DNA of 64,000 bases. Source: Octopus vulgaris. Lineage: Eukaryota. The stretch spans positions 60,202,001 to 60,266,000 of the forward strand of contig OX597814.1 in the NCBI GenBank assembly GCA_951406725.2. Direction: 5' to 3'. The notes beneath the pieces are model-generated. The model was not told where the DNA came from and did not search any database. It saw only the letters and a program-made list of their open reading frames with translations. The stretch's first letter is position 1, and each line of letters opens with the position of its first letter. Of the stretch, positions 12,061-25,910 are shown in pieces. The position numbers and the translations under genes are program-made.

Positions 12061-13321
12061 AGCATAGTTTCATATATATATATTTAACTAACAAACGGTA
12101 AATATATAACGGTATGTAAGCCTCTTTGAAAGATATCTGCTCGCAAGGGTATCAGTCAAAGCAGGAGAGTATACGATATTTTGAGCCAGCTTACAGTCTT
12201 ATTGGTGTAGGTGTTGTCTACGAGATACGGTCCTTTTACGCTGAATTGCAGATCTCGACAGTTATATGTATTTCAGCATTAGTATGTTGTGAAAGAAAGT
12301 GCAGTTAAAATGTACTATTACCATCAAACTGGCAGTAGCTGACTACCACTGCTTTATTCAGAGAAAACTTTAATGTGACAATCACAGATTAAAACATATG
12401 TTCAAGCAGCAAAATCTGAAGAAAACCGCAGTGTTTTCATTGTAGGTCTACTGAATTTAATGTCCACTCTACGGCAGATTAGTCGCCAGCAGTGCCGTGG
12501 AACAAACGTTTCTCGTTGTGTTATTGTCGCTACACATTTAGAGGGTGCGTCATCTTTCAAGAGGTCGACTGATTGTTAAATGTAGTTTTGCAAAACTATC
12601 CGGAGAATAGACATTCAAAGGCGAAGCTGAGGTGGGAGCGGAAAAATGTTATCCATCGAGGGGGTGGATAAGATGATAAGAGTATAATGGAAACAATACA
12701 TATGCCGTGTAGAGGGATACGTAAAGATCAGTACGTAGTTGAAGACAAAATTAACATGTAAAAGTAGGAGGCTAATAGGGAGCGCTATTTTATGGTAGGG
12801 TTCAGTTAGGGTAGGAATAAATCGAGAGGTTTAGAAAGAGACTAAACAGATTAAATATATTTGAACTAATATCTTTGAACGCCGAATTCAAACCAAAGTC
12901 AGCGGGATATAATCTTTGTACAATGCCGGAATAAGATAGCCACGAGCTAAGGAAACGTATATACATGCAAACATAAACATTCACGCACATGCATATATAC
13001 GGAGTATATGCGTATATATGTATTAAAGGTATAAAGGTGCATGCGTGTGTGAAGTGTTAAATTGAAAGAATTGAAATTTGCTTTTTATAAGCAAATACGT
13101 TGAATAATGTTACTATAACAGAATTCTCTCATTGCAAGTTTAAGCTAAAACAAATAGGAAATGGGAGAAAATCTCGTTGATGTTAGATTGCATATCATAA
13201 AACAAAACGTCTACATTCACCTGATTGAAAACTCATACTACAGCGTTGATATCCATCAACCAAATTAAGATTGTTGGATTTGCTGTTGCTGTTGTTGTTG
13301 ATGATTGAGCCTATTAAAGTT

Positions 13322-13850
13322 GTTAAAATTCTTGGATAACAACTTCTTATTCAGTCAGGAGTTATGGCAAGGGCCCAATCCTGCTGTCTCACATATAGCC
13401 TCCCAGAAGCAAACCTCCCCAGCCAGCGTTTAATCATAGTCTCCAAAAGCTTGACTAGCTTAAGGCTCTTTGAACAGCCCCTTAGGCATGACATCAGCCT
13501 CACTGGAGACACACCCAGAGATCATCAGAATTTGGAGGAACTTGATTTTCACGATGCATGGGACATCACATGGATCCTGGGTGTCGTGAAACTGGTCCCG
13601 GCAGGACATTTTTATCTGAGACAAACCAGAATTATCCCCAACTAAACAGGATGCCTCAGCTTGTTCAGGAACTTCTTTGCCATCGTAAAGCGGTTCTGCT
13701 TGGCCTTGACTACCAGAATTTGCCGCTTGCGCCTCTTGTACGTGTAATCACAAAGGTCCTCATTCAGGTCCAGCTTCATAGTGGACCTCCACCTCTCTCG
13801 CCACCTATCTCGTCAAAGCCCGGAATACAATGCTTGTATCTTTTATCAGA
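13322..13850 (-). mobile_element. Tc1/mariner (maT, DD37D-like) transposase fragment, middle region
   Basis: Frameshifted translation gives YKRRKRQIL..AKKFLNKLRHP, MISGCVSSEADVMP and QQD-.PCHNS..KKLLSKNF, resembling maT motifs VMVFGCVSSEGDVMPP and QQDSAPCHTS. Confidence 0.75.
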
Positions 13851-13906
13851 TTATCTCGCACTTATTAGATAAATATTTAAATATCAACTAGATTATAGCT
13901 GGGAGT

Positions 13907-14095
13907 TTATTCTAAGTAACTACTCTCAACTTCCATCACGGCCTCAATACGGCTCCGGAATATGGCGCATGCGTTAATTAGTGTGTCTTTGAGAAGGTCT
14001 TCGAACATCTTATTAATCTTGGCCACCAGCTCAGCCTTGGCGTTGTAGGGATGCCTGCTGTGTCCCTTCTCGCTGGCTACAGCTCGTAGTCTCTG
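13907..14095 (-). mobile_element. maT-like transposase C-terminal fragment
   Basis: HPYNAKAELVAKINKMFEDLLKDTLINACAIFRSRIEAVMEVESSYLE* resembles the ACxxFRxRLEAVVEAEGGYFE terminus. Confidence 0.8.
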
Positions 14096-15411
14096 TTGCA
14101 GCTCTCCATGCCACATCTTACAATCTTTCCTCTGTTCATAGAGCATTGAGCCACCATCATGTACTCGGCATTTTGATACCTAGCGCAAGAAAAGATCATC
14201 ATATAGGTAACACTTCCAATCCAGCAATTTTTTTCTCAACCACAATTTTAACCTTTAGGCTCTCTACCGCCGTTAACTACTTCATGATACTTCAAACAGT
14301 TTTTTTCTAAATAGGCGCACACAAAGATTCATCACATTTAGCCCGAACACACTACATTCTAGACTACACAATCTTCTCAGTCTTTTTCTTTGTTAAGGCA
14401 GTAGAATGCCTTTTTCGTCGAGATAATTCAGTAGGTTCTCTAACTTCATGCAGGATCCCTCATATTCATGGATAGCTTTTACTTGTATGTAGTATTGCCA
14501 ACTTATTGCTTTAACTGCTTATCGTTGGCTACTTACAACAAGAAACCGGATTAGGATAATTGACTTGCAAATATGGAGTGAACGTGTCTGAACTAACACA
14601 CGCAGTATCGTACATAAAAGCTGCTTAATGCGGAGTGCAGCTTACTTCTCATTCTTTAAGTCATAATTATTTTATAAAATATGAAATCAATCTATTGATT
14701 ATCTTCAGCACCTGCTGCTCTAAAATTGGTAAATGTTAAAATTATAATAACGTAATTAATTATAGGAAGACATCTAAGAAATAGTATCTTTAGCTTCAAG
14801 ATTTTTGTTATTACCCCAAGAGATGTTTTTTTAAAAAATGTTAAAGTTATTAGAAGATATTGTATAAATAGGTTGTGTAAACTCTTTATTATTCAATTTA
14901 CAACGTGTATCTTTTGACTCTGAGACATCGCACTGATTTGCAATTATAAGAATGTTATCGTCTCTCATATTCAGCATATTATTTTTCATTTTTTTAATTT
15001 AATTTTTTTTGCTAATTATGTATTTTCAAAGAAAATTATTCTAATATATCCTGAAGTTTGTTAATACATTGGAAGGTTCAAACGAATGCCTCTATAGATG
15101 GTTAAATATTCGTTGTTAAGTATAGAGTGTAGTGACTGAATGGTTACGACGTTTCCATCACAACCACAAAATCCGGTTTCGAACCCATTGTGGGGTATAT
15201 TGGGCAAGTGCACATTCCAAATCTACTGGTTACACAAGTCTTCTCTGTTAATTTGGATAGAAAGTTATTGGATATTCTGTACTTGTAATACAGTGGTCTA
15301 ACCTTGTCATGTAGCTAGGAATTACATTAAAGATCCACACGTCTGTATCTTTTATATACTAATTCAAAGAGCATGTACCCAGTTGGTTGAGCAATTGAAT
15401 GCTAATGTGTC

Positions 15412-15463
15412 AATACTATTTCTTGTTTCTGATTCTCATGAATCAGAAACAAGAAATAGTATT
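15412..15463. repeat. Perfect 24-bp inverted repeat with 4-nt loop
   Basis: aatactatttcttgtttctgattc-tcat-gaatcagaaacaagaaatagtatt. Confidence 0.97.
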
Positions 15464-16789
15464 AATTCCTTTCGAAGAAATATTTAGGTTAGAAAATATA
15501 AATTTTCTTGCAAACAAACCTAAATTATAAGGGAAAGGAAGTACAAAGCATTAAATAAGTTATTATTAGTTGAGCTTCCATGCGTACTTTTTAGTTATTG
15601 AAAATAAAATATTGAGCCCATTTAATTGGGTGACCACATTTGCAAAAGAGTCTTTGAAAGGAACGGTATTGAGTGAGCAATGTAGATGTTACAAATATAA
15701 CATCAACATGATGTTATATTCATATGTAAATTTTATTTTCCTATTATAGATTAATGCAAATGTTTCAAAAATACAGGCTATAATTTTTTTGTCTACATCT
15801 CTGAGCTGGTCGACCTCCAGAATTTTCCATGTTTAGAAATTTGTACAATGTATTAACCCAAAGAGAATTGAGGAAACACTTTACCCAACTAATCTAAACT
15901 TCTAATAGGTATCTTCGGGTTCGCTTATAATTATATCGAAATTTTTTGAAAACTAGATGTCAAGTATGTTAAAGATATCTCCTAAAATCGGTAGAATTTA
16001 AATAGTACGTTTTAATTAATATTATATTATATTCTATCCTGCAATAGGTGATGGATTTCGTGCAATTTAAAAGCATATACTATAAATGAAATGTAATTGG
16101 CAGCACTGATGTTTATCAAAATTATTCATATATTTTTGTTCTTCCATGAAATTCGCAAGGGTTTTGCTAGTCTAAATTATTTTGTTACAAGGTATGTAAT
16201 ACTGAATTATGTAACGAAATCAAAGACACAGTCTATTATAAAAACACCGCCTACGTTATCATTCAGTTTATCACAGCATGCATTTGAGTATTATGCATTG
16301 AAAACCAACACATAATCAAAACCTTATCATATCATGTGTGTTGTTCATATCTAAGACTGTTGAAAAAATAGCACACGTGTGTTTTGCTTTCAATAGCCTG
16401 AATTATGAAACCGAATCGTTAAGCACAATTATCATTACAAAGATAATCATAATTATTAATATATTGTTGATGCCATAAACCATTCCAAACAAGAATTATT
16501 TACTATATGATTTGACTCATTAATTACATCATCAGTTGTAATTGATATATTCTAATGGAACTGTATTTTTTCATCAAATCAAGATTTCAGCGCAATAATA
16601 ATAGGTTACCCATCTTTTCGTGTAATATATATCTTTCCATTTAGAATCATCATTAAAATGACATGTAAATGTCAGGAGAAAGGTCGTGTTATCTGCAACA
16701 TTGGGACATCAACCCGAATTGAAGAAGTGAAGAATTAGTTTATTTTCTATAATCTTTCAACTGTCCATCCATCTGTCTTTTCTAATATT

Positions 16790-17210
16790 ATTCCGAAAAG
16801 GCTGGTGAGGTCAGGTACCTCTAGCGTCTCCTCCATTATGTCCTACCAGAAGCTACTGAGAATTAGAATTTGCGGCTTCATTCCTTAGGCATGTCCAACT
16901 GACAATATAGATATATTATCCAAACATCACGTTTTTGTTCTACACCTAGTTACCCTACCGGTTAGCTCACCTTGTGGAATCTGTCTTGCGATTCTTTGCT
17001 GCGACATTCTAATCACCTGTCCGTAGTAACAGAGCTGGAAGCTCCCAATGCAAATAGTGGCTCGACCTAGCGGAATCCCTGATCTCCATGTTACACTTCC
17101 TGTCGAGTAGCGTTACTTTGGTAGAAACCCATTTCGGCCGCTTATATTCACAACCCTAATCTTTGATCATTACCCAAAATTCATGATCATAAGTATGGAT
17201 AGGGACAAAA
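16790..17210 (-). mobile_element. RTE LINE 3' fragment (Expander/Rex3-like), degenerate
   Basis: Minus strand gives FVPIHTYDHEFWVM (cf. PxLTYGHExWVMT), aagcggccgaaatgggtttc (AAEMGF) and YYGQVIRMSQQRIARQI..GELTGR. Confidence 0.75.
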
Positions 17211-17526
17211 ATCGAGTTGAAGTTCTTCTAGCTAGCTCTTCAATAATTACAGGAATTCCATGAATTCGCCATGAAATGTAACCGTTTCTTTATAGCAAAC
17301 GTTTGATGAATATCTATGAATTTATACACCGTCTCCTCCAAAATGTTTTGCCCACTATATTTTCAAATCTTTCCTACATCTCTAAGAGGTAAAATTCATA
17401 CCTTTCATTTTGATTAAAAGAAAATTTCCTACAAGGTCGACCATATTTGCTATATAACTTCATTTTATTAAGAGATTTGATAACAATGCTGAGTATTGCG
17501 AGTAATGAAACTAACTATATTGATTT

Positions 17527-17705
17527 CAAATGTTGGCACAAGGCCAGCAAGTCCGGGGATGGGGTAAGTCAATTACATCGAACCCAGCGCTCGACTGGTA
17601 CTTATCGACTCTGAAAAGAGGACAGGCAAAGTCGACTTTGGCGGAATTTGAAATCAGAACGAAAAGACAGACGAAATACTGCGAAGCATTTGGCCCGGCA
17701 TGCAA
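17527..17705 (-). mobile_element. SINE family A
   Basis: Homology to other copies in the window. Confidence 0.85.
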
Positions 17706-18045
17706 TGGAAACAATGCATTATGTATAAGTATTACCAATAAGAGAAATTGGAGATAAACAGGAATGAGAACTTTGCACCGCACGAGAGAGGTTATAGAAT
17801 CCAGCACCGTCGCCTTTCAAGACTCATCATAACGCACCTTGCCGTGCTCTAGTTCTTAAACCCATTTCTAGGGCTGGTTATCACTCACGATAATAAAATC
17901 GAACTGGAAACTTATGGTTTGGCCACAGGACTGAAACTCTGAATGATTGAATTATGCAATATATTGCAATGCTTCCAATACAGACACACAACCTTCCCTC
18001 GTGTGTGTGTGTATGTATGTTTGTATTAAAATGCGTTTCACATAA

Positions 18046-18126
<81 letters not shown>

Positions 18127-18169
18127 GGACTCTACTACGTGGCATTTATACTTCAGCGATTGAGCAAGA

Positions 18170-18300
18170 GTCATCAGTTGCAATCGATATCAATTTTTCT
18201 AATGGAACTACATTTTTGTTCATGTAATCAGGATTTTTATGCAATAAATATAGATTCTGCGTCAGTGATAGTTTCTCACAATCTTCAGATGATATCATCG
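18170..18300 (-). mobile_element. hAT (Charlie/Buster-like) transposase relic
   Basis: Minus strand gives AESIFIA...MNKNVVPLEKLISIATDD, resembling hAT IPLxxIxxIATDGA. A paralogous relic lies at ~16520-16600. Confidence 0.55.
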
Positions 18301-18699
18301 TCCATTTAAAGGTCATTATTAAAATAGTTCATAATGATGTCTGTATTGTCGAAGACATAAGAACTTGAATTGTAGAATAAAGTTTGTTGTTTACATTGTT
18401 TGAATCAGTTCTTCAATTCTTCCCAAAACTCTATGAATACGTCATCAAACTGAATTCTTGCGGGATGGTGAACATTTGATGAATATCTATAATTTTTTGT
18501 CATTTGCTTGAATAGCCTTTGCTTATTCTATTTTCAATGCCCACCGACGCCCCCCAAAAATGTACGACGATGTCTTTCAAAATTATTTTATTTAATAAAA
18601 TTGCTTAAATTTGTGTTGTCCTACAAAATATACAATGTTCCCTCAATGTTGCTTATCCCTTTTACCTACGTCTAACCTAATTGGTCAACATTTGTCATT

Positions 18700-19020
18700 C
18701 CTCTCTCCTGAGGCAAGTTGTCAACATAGGTTAGACGTTTTCTTCCCCTGTTGATTCTTCCTTCAGTTGATTGCCATAAGGCCAGTTGACACAGGGCTTT
18801 TTTGAGTGGTTAACGCAATGACCAGCAACTCCCATTTTTTCTGCTGAATTTTCTCAGTCACTTCAAGCCGATCTTGATAAAGATGCTCGTTAGTTAGATG
18901 AGATTTCCGAGTGACACTCATAGCCATTCTTAACATGTATGTGTAGCAGTCAATTATTTGCTTCTCAGCAAATTATGATTGTGAAAACAGACCGATCCAT
19001 CACATCAGATATAGAATTTT
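18700..19020 (-). mobile_element. RTE LINE 3' fragment, degenerate
   Basis: Minus strand gives CYTYML..HLTNEHLY..VTEKIQQKKMGVAGHCV..LWQSTEGRINRGRKRLTYVDNL across frameshifts. Confidence 0.75.
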
Positions 19021-19024
19021 ATTT

Positions 19025-19420
19025 TGTTTTTGGTAACAAGAATTCGGTTTCCCCTTCTTTATCCCACATGTATTTTTAGTGATCATTGCATCGTGATTTT
19101 ATTGATTTTTCTCGAAATTCTTCTTCATTTGGACCATTATCACAATTACATAGGCGGTTTCATCCGTGATTTGACTTCAAAGAAAATAATCAAAGAATAT
19201 TTTATTTATGTCAGTTTTTAATTATAATAACTGTCCAGAATATATTTCAAGATCCGTTTTGTTAAGTGAAGAAGAAATGTTTGCCAACTCAGGCATGCTG
19301 TGAAATATTTTTAAGTAAATTTTCTTGAAAACTTTCCAGTCTTTCAGCTAATGCTTTCAATACTGTTTTACAATCAATCATTGTAATGAATTTCCCTTCA
19401 AGGTAGAATGATATCTCATT
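19025..19420 (-). mobile_element. Probable hAT transposase C-terminal relic
   Basis: Minus strand gives LEGKFITMIDCKTVLKALAERLESFQEN and EEEFREK...CND..K..EGETEF, weakly similar to Charlie/Buster C-terminal regions. Confidence 0.4.
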
Positions 19421-20590
19421 AAACTCTAGAACTATATAAGCATACATAATATACAATACTTTTTATGCTTTCATATGTCTTCAATATCTCCATCCCCTTC
19501 TAGAAAACTTAACTTTGGAAACAAACTGATACATAAATCTTACTATGTAATTTCCTTCGGAGAGTTATCTCACTTCCGTATGTAAAAAGAATCTTTCGTA
19601 TCTCTCATTCTGGTTAGAAAAACTTCTTTAACAAGTTATCATATTTGTTATGTGATTTGATATTACTATACCGCTAACTATACAACAAATACCTATTGCC
19701 ATAAATGGAAGTAAAAAACTTCTCAGAGGTGAAGTTCCTCTATTCTTAGCTTATGGATGTTAGTGAAGGTGCTCATAGTGTATAAATCCCCACCCTTCTA
19801 AACTCAATCTCACAGACATTAACGTACTCTTACTTCCTAAAATCCTTTTCTACAACTGTTTTTTACGGCATATAATAATGTACAACTGAACACTCATACA
19901 ACGAGATTGCGTCTGTGAATGATTCTTTTGAAACCTGCTATGACGTCTTTATCATTCCTGTTATTGAGCAATCCCCGTTATTGATAATCGACGGTTTTCT
20001 AATGAGAATATATTTTTATCAAACAGGATATTATTACAATATAAACAGATTCTCTTATATCAGTTTCTCATTATTTTCAAATAATATATTTTCTTTTTTT
20101 CTTTAAGTTTAAAGTTCTCATTAAAATAGTGTTCATGCAACAAGCGTAGGGCCTTGTTGTCTACAAATGTAGATACAATAATCTAAAATGGGGAATTATT
20201 TTTCTTACGTTTTTCAGTTACTTCCTTAATATTCATAGATATTTCATCATTTCTCATTTAAGTTAAATCATCCCTTTCGGTTAAATTTTTTTTAATTCTT
20301 AAAACTTTTCATGCATTACATTTAAAAACATAGCACTCTGAAATATAAACTTTACACCCGTCTCAATATGAGTATGATTTCATTTGTTGTTGAACAGTTT
20401 TTACAAACTCATTTGACATAACATTGACTTTACCCAAATTGGTATCATTTTTACAATTGCTTATTTTAGGTTCCTGTTTAAAACTAATTTTCAGTTGTGT
20501 GAGTCAGTCAACGGTTTTATTGGTTTTGTGCTGATTGTTCTTTTTTAACATGATCAACAACTCTGGAATATTTTAATAATTCATCCCACT

Positions 20591-20806
20591 AAGGCGGCGA
20601 GCCGGTAGAAACGTTAGCACGCCGGGCGAAATGCTTAGCGGTATTTCGTCTGTCTTTACGTTCTGAATTCAAATTGCATCGAGCTCGACTTTGCCTATCC
20701 TCTTTCAGGGTCGATAAATTAAGTACCGGTTGTGTACTGGGGTCGATCTAATCGACTGGTCACCTCCCCAAACACTTCGGGCCTTGTGCCTAGAGTAGAA
20801 AAGAAT
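20591..20806 (+). mobile_element. SINE family A, full length
   Basis: aaggcggcgagccggtagaa...ggccttgtgcctagagtagaaaag. Confidence 0.92.
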
Positions 20807-21654
20807 ATTTCATTCCACAGAGTACAATTATATAAAAGACACAAGTGGATTATCGAAAGAGCTTTTTAATAAAATTATAAGATTATCATTTATAACAATA
20901 AACCCATAAGATTACCATGTTAGTCATATTTTGTTTGTCTCCACATGATATTACTTACGGTTCTTGTGAAAAATGTAATAAAATAAAATTCATTGTTAAC
21001 ACATTTTTAAAATATCTGAAACTGAATATCGTTGGATGTGTCATTAGAAAAATTCTGAAGTTAGTATGCAAAACCTTCGACTTTATATGCACTATTTTGT
21101 CTTTCCGAATATTTCTACCCGGTAGTATCAAAGTTATTATAATAGATCTAAGAAAACAACTTTCACTTTTATGATGATGCTACTTATAAAACTCCCCATC
21201 TTCTTTCTAATAATCAGCCTACTTTTTCATTGACACTATTAATGGCACTAATTGCGTAGTGAAAGACTAAAATGTGAATATTAATGATGTAGTGCAGATT
21301 TAATTGTAAGTCCTCTAGATGAAAGCAAACATTCGACACCATTTTTAATACGGAACAGTAGTAACAAAGAATTCGTTGCCTCCGTTCTCGAAACTGAAGA
21401 CATGCGGGCAAAATTAGAATTAGAACAGGAATGAGAACAGCACAAAAATAACGCTTACGTATGCATCTAATTAAATATCAAGCACTAGAATATTAAAAGG
21501 AAAAACATTGATAATGACACTAAAATAACAGCCACTTACGCATGAACATTATATGCCTATCCTCCATTGAGCTACTATCATATACTTGCAATGACGGTGG
21601 CTTCCCATTGCACTTTTCGTTAAATAATTCTTTTCAATTTCTCCAACAACATAA

Positions 21655-21860
21655 TAAAATGTCTGATCAATAAGTATCCGGACCTTTGATATAGTAACGA
21701 AGCTAAAGCACGCAGAGTAAAGCCGCTTGACACAGATTGACTTTGCCCTCCGATGTGCATGCGCACTACGTTTTAACGTTCTAGATTACTTCTGTTGGTT
21801 GCAGCAGTTCTTGGAAGGAAGGTATGCAGCATGTGATACTTATTGATCAGACCATGTATA
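21655..21860. mobile_element. Mariner-derived MITE
   Basis: Perfect 18-bp inverted repeat gtctgatcaataagtatc (21661-21678) / gatacttattgatcagac (21835-21852); TA at the right end; mariner-type TIR. Confidence 0.75.
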
Positions 21861-23837
21861 TACTCCGAAAAGTATTTCAACACCTGGATTAGCAATTCAA
21901 AAATACTATAAATAATATCGTTACCGGAAATAACTTTTCGCCCTGCTTCAGACAATTTGTCCCTATAGAGACCATATAGGCAATGAACAACATAAGTAGC
22001 GGCAGCACTATGGAATTGACGAAAGTTTCTTTACGTTGCAATACTAAGTTCAATTATCCAGCGTGAAAAATTACTCCCAATAAATCCACATATAAGTCAT
22101 TACGATTGTTTGGCACCTCTCAGTTGCCTCATTCTAGAAACACCGATGATAAGAATAAGTTCTATGTACATACATAATTTGCGAGCGTATTAGAGACTGA
22201 CAATTTGTGTAAAGTAATAAGTGAATTTTTAAAAAAAAGTAGTCATTGTTTGAAGCTATATAATTTCGCTTGCAGCATGAATTGGAATAATCAGAGCGAT
22301 TTCCCGATGCTCACTTCCAATAAAATACGTTGCTTTATTGTGAAGTCGAAAAGAAAATATTTCATAACTCAAGGATAATTTCAGACGGATCTGATTTTCT
22401 ATTATTTAGTCAGAGTAGAATGGGTTCTTCTCATGGATATACAGACCAATTGAAATGGATTATAGACTCCTTTCACTCTCTGAAAGTGAGTGAAGGCGGT
22501 TTCTCGTGTGAGATCGTTTTAAAACTACTTTTTACAGGAATGCATTTTGCTGATTTAAATATCGCCTGCATTAACTTAATATCTTAGTGTCTGGTTAGAA
22601 TCGATTAAATAAGTAAATGAAATCCGATTAGAACTTGAAATAAAAGTACATGCAACACTAGAGAATAGGCAACCACGAACATTTTGCTTATTTTTGATAT
22701 ATAGATCAGCTAAATGACGAGATCGATTAGTTAAATAGAAAGCATTGGGAAAAGACAACAAGATGACTTTTATGTAGTCATTTGACATGCTAGATATACC
22801 CACTAAATCTTCCTAGAATCATAATATATGTCTTGATTAAGAAATAATATATAGGATATTATAAACCTAGACAAATTGATGAGTTGATCACGGCTGAAAC
22901 GAATTTGATTATAGGTTTGCTCATTCATAGCTGAGAACCACAATATTATCAATGAAATAATATTATTTCACATAATACAGAGGTATTGTGAGTAAGTAAT
23001 GTAAGTATTGACATAAATGACATGACTGAAGTAAACATTCCAACATAGTACTGAAACCGTTTCTGGTAATTTAATGGAAAGTTAACCCTTGTAAAAAGAT
23101 GCCACTGACTCACATAGATTTGTCAAAACTAACATCAGGCCTTACGATGCCGGCTCCCAAAAATATTCGTCGCAAAGTTTTGAAATTAAGTAACTCTAGT
23201 CTAGAGTCTCTATGTCTGCTAAAATATTCAGAATATATTAGGAATTCCATTAGTAAGTTGTATACATTTCTTGTTGTGTCTAGGGAAAGTCATTTTATCT
23301 TTACGCCGTATTAACACACGAATTTACATAAAGAATCTTGCAAACCAGATACAAACATGTTGTCTACAGTTAAGATAAAGTTTTAGCATGGAAGCATGTC
23401 TTTTGCTAACTTGCAAAGGATAAGAAATAAAATGCCGCAATAACGAAACTACTGATGTCCTTGTATTGTTGTTAGGCCTCTAAATATGTCTAATACACAC
23501 TTTCCACCCCTTCTTAAGCCAATTTCCGTAAGACGAAACCAGCGAAATACGCTCGACAAAGTCCCAGATGAATATGCTTGAGAAAACATCTTATTAGGTA
23601 CAGGTTGTATTTATTAAGTGCTAGTTGAAAGGTCACTTCCTTTGCTTAGACATCGTAGATAGCAACTTAAACTTAACAGTTCTTGAACACAGAGCGTCAA
23701 AGTACTGTTAAATATATCGAAATGAAATAATACCATTCCTATTACAATTTGATAACGTCATATGAGAAGCCGAGCTTACTCAGTAGCGAACAAAATGTCA
23801 TTTACTAAAACATATTTATCTCATTCTATTAAGTTTA

Positions 23838-24022
23838 GTGGGAGGGGAGTAAGTCGATTACATCGACCCAGTATTCAACTGGTACTGATTTTATCGACTT
23901 GAAAAAGATGAAAGGCAAAGCTGACCTCGGCAGAATTTGAACTGAGAACGTAAAAACCGAGGAAACCCAGCTAAGCATGTTTTCCTCGGTGTGCTAACGA
24001 TCCTGCCAGCTCACCGCCTTAA
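23838..24022 (-). mobile_element. SINE family A
   Basis: Homology to other copies in the window. Confidence 0.88.
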
Positions 24023-24339
24023 TTCTATTCAGTTTAGGGTTTTATCTCAGAGAAATTGACCTGGGATGGGATGGGGAAAAAGTATTGGCTAGGCGATATA
24101 TTTAATAGTAGACTGAAATACATTCTGATGACATTGAAGATACATTTATGATTCAATTTTCTTATTATCCTTTCTAATTTAGACATGGGAATTTTCCCTT
24201 CCTAAAAGAAAGTTTTAATTTTATAGTCTTTATTGTGATAGATCGATAATGTATATCATAAAATGAAAAAAAGATGTTCTGACCGATTTTTATATGCATA
24301 CGGTTAGACAGAGAGAGATGGGGAGAGGGAGGAAGGCAG

Positions 24340-24373
<34 letters not shown>

Positions 24374-24456
24374 CATAGATGCGTGAATAAATAGATAAAT
24401 ATATACATACATAAATAGTTAGGTAATTAGATATAGAGATACATAAATAGACGGGA

Positions 24457-24459
<3 letters not shown>

Positions 24460-24490
<31 letters not shown>

Positions 24491-24551
24491 TTTATATATA
24501 TATACATACATATATATAGAGAGAGAGAGAAGAGAGGGAGAGAGAGAGGGG

Positions 24552-24619
<68 letters not shown>

Positions 24620-24624
24620 GATAT

Positions 24625-24693
<69 letters not shown>

Positions 24694-24695
24694 TC
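24460..24695. repeat. (TA)n-(GA)n-(GATA)n-(GACA)n compound microsatellite
   Basis: Directly visible. Confidence 0.96.
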
Positions 24696-25295
24696 ATAAT
24701 TAATTTACCTTTTTCGCACAGAGTTGTCACTATCTCAGACAAAAGATTCATTAAGATCTCTAACGACATCATGATAATTGAAACAATTGTCATTGAATTA
24801 CTAACCTCAAACGATGTGAAATTCACACAATATAAAATGAATGACTAAATTGACTTAAGCAATCAATTACGATTTTCGATATTAAGGAAGTACAGTAATT
24901 TAGGATTTTCGGTAATTTAGGTATTTTTGGTAATTCGGTCTAGATTTATCTGTCAGGATTTGTTCTATTAACTCAGTATATATAATTCTTTATACAAATT
25001 TTGCTTGTCTACGACCCACTTCTTCAGAAATAGTTTGTGATGAAGAAGATATTCCTAAATTGTTGTTCTTTAGCTGAAAAGATAAAGTAATAACGTCACA
25101 TTTTAAAATATATGTTCCTACGAGTGAACATGAGCACACATAATTATGTGTGATGTTATGTATGTATGTCTTCACTTCAACATTAGGTTGAATTAATTGT
25201 TGATTTTCAAAAGGATACATTGGCATGAAAAAGTGAAAAAGTGTACACGTGCTTACTATTGTTATTAACTAAGGCAAAGGGATACGAGCATGATT

Positions 25296-25327
25296 TATAT
25301 GTATAAACATATACGTATATACATATA

Positions 25328-25359
<32 letters not shown>

Positions 25360-25910
25360 CGTATACATATATATATATATGTATATGTATATAAATATAT
25401 ATACATACGTATATATATATATATATACATATACGCAAACATATATGTATATACATATACGTATACATATATATATACTTATACATATATATACATACAT
25501 ATACATATACACTCTTATATATATACATATATGTATACATATATATACATATATATGCACGTATATATATATATATACATACATATATATACATATATAC
25601 ATATATATATACATATACATATATACTTAGATATATATTTACGTATATATATACATATATATCTATGTATATATATATATGTGTGTATATATAGATATAT
25701 GTATATTATATATGTATATATATGTATATATGTACATATTTGTATATATATATATATATATAATTATATATATATATGTATATATATGTATACATATGGG
25801 TATACATATATATGAGTTTATATATATATGTATGAACGTGTATGTATATATGTATATCTATGTATGTACACATATACACTTAGAGAGTGTATATATAAGA
25901 ATATATATAA
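25296..25910. repeat. Degenerate (TA/CA/TG) low-complexity tract
   Basis: Directly visible. Confidence 0.95.

Noticed and set aside
21294-21434. Short open frame ADLIVSPLDESKHSTPF...LELEQE*
   Set aside because: No start codon or good splice acceptor, and no recognisable homology.
22410-22490. Plus-strand exon candidate (tttag...AAA|gtgagt), and a similar one at 3021-3112
   Set aside because: Peptide unrecognised; the 3021 candidate has stops in all three frames. Such sites are expected by chance in AT-rich DNA.
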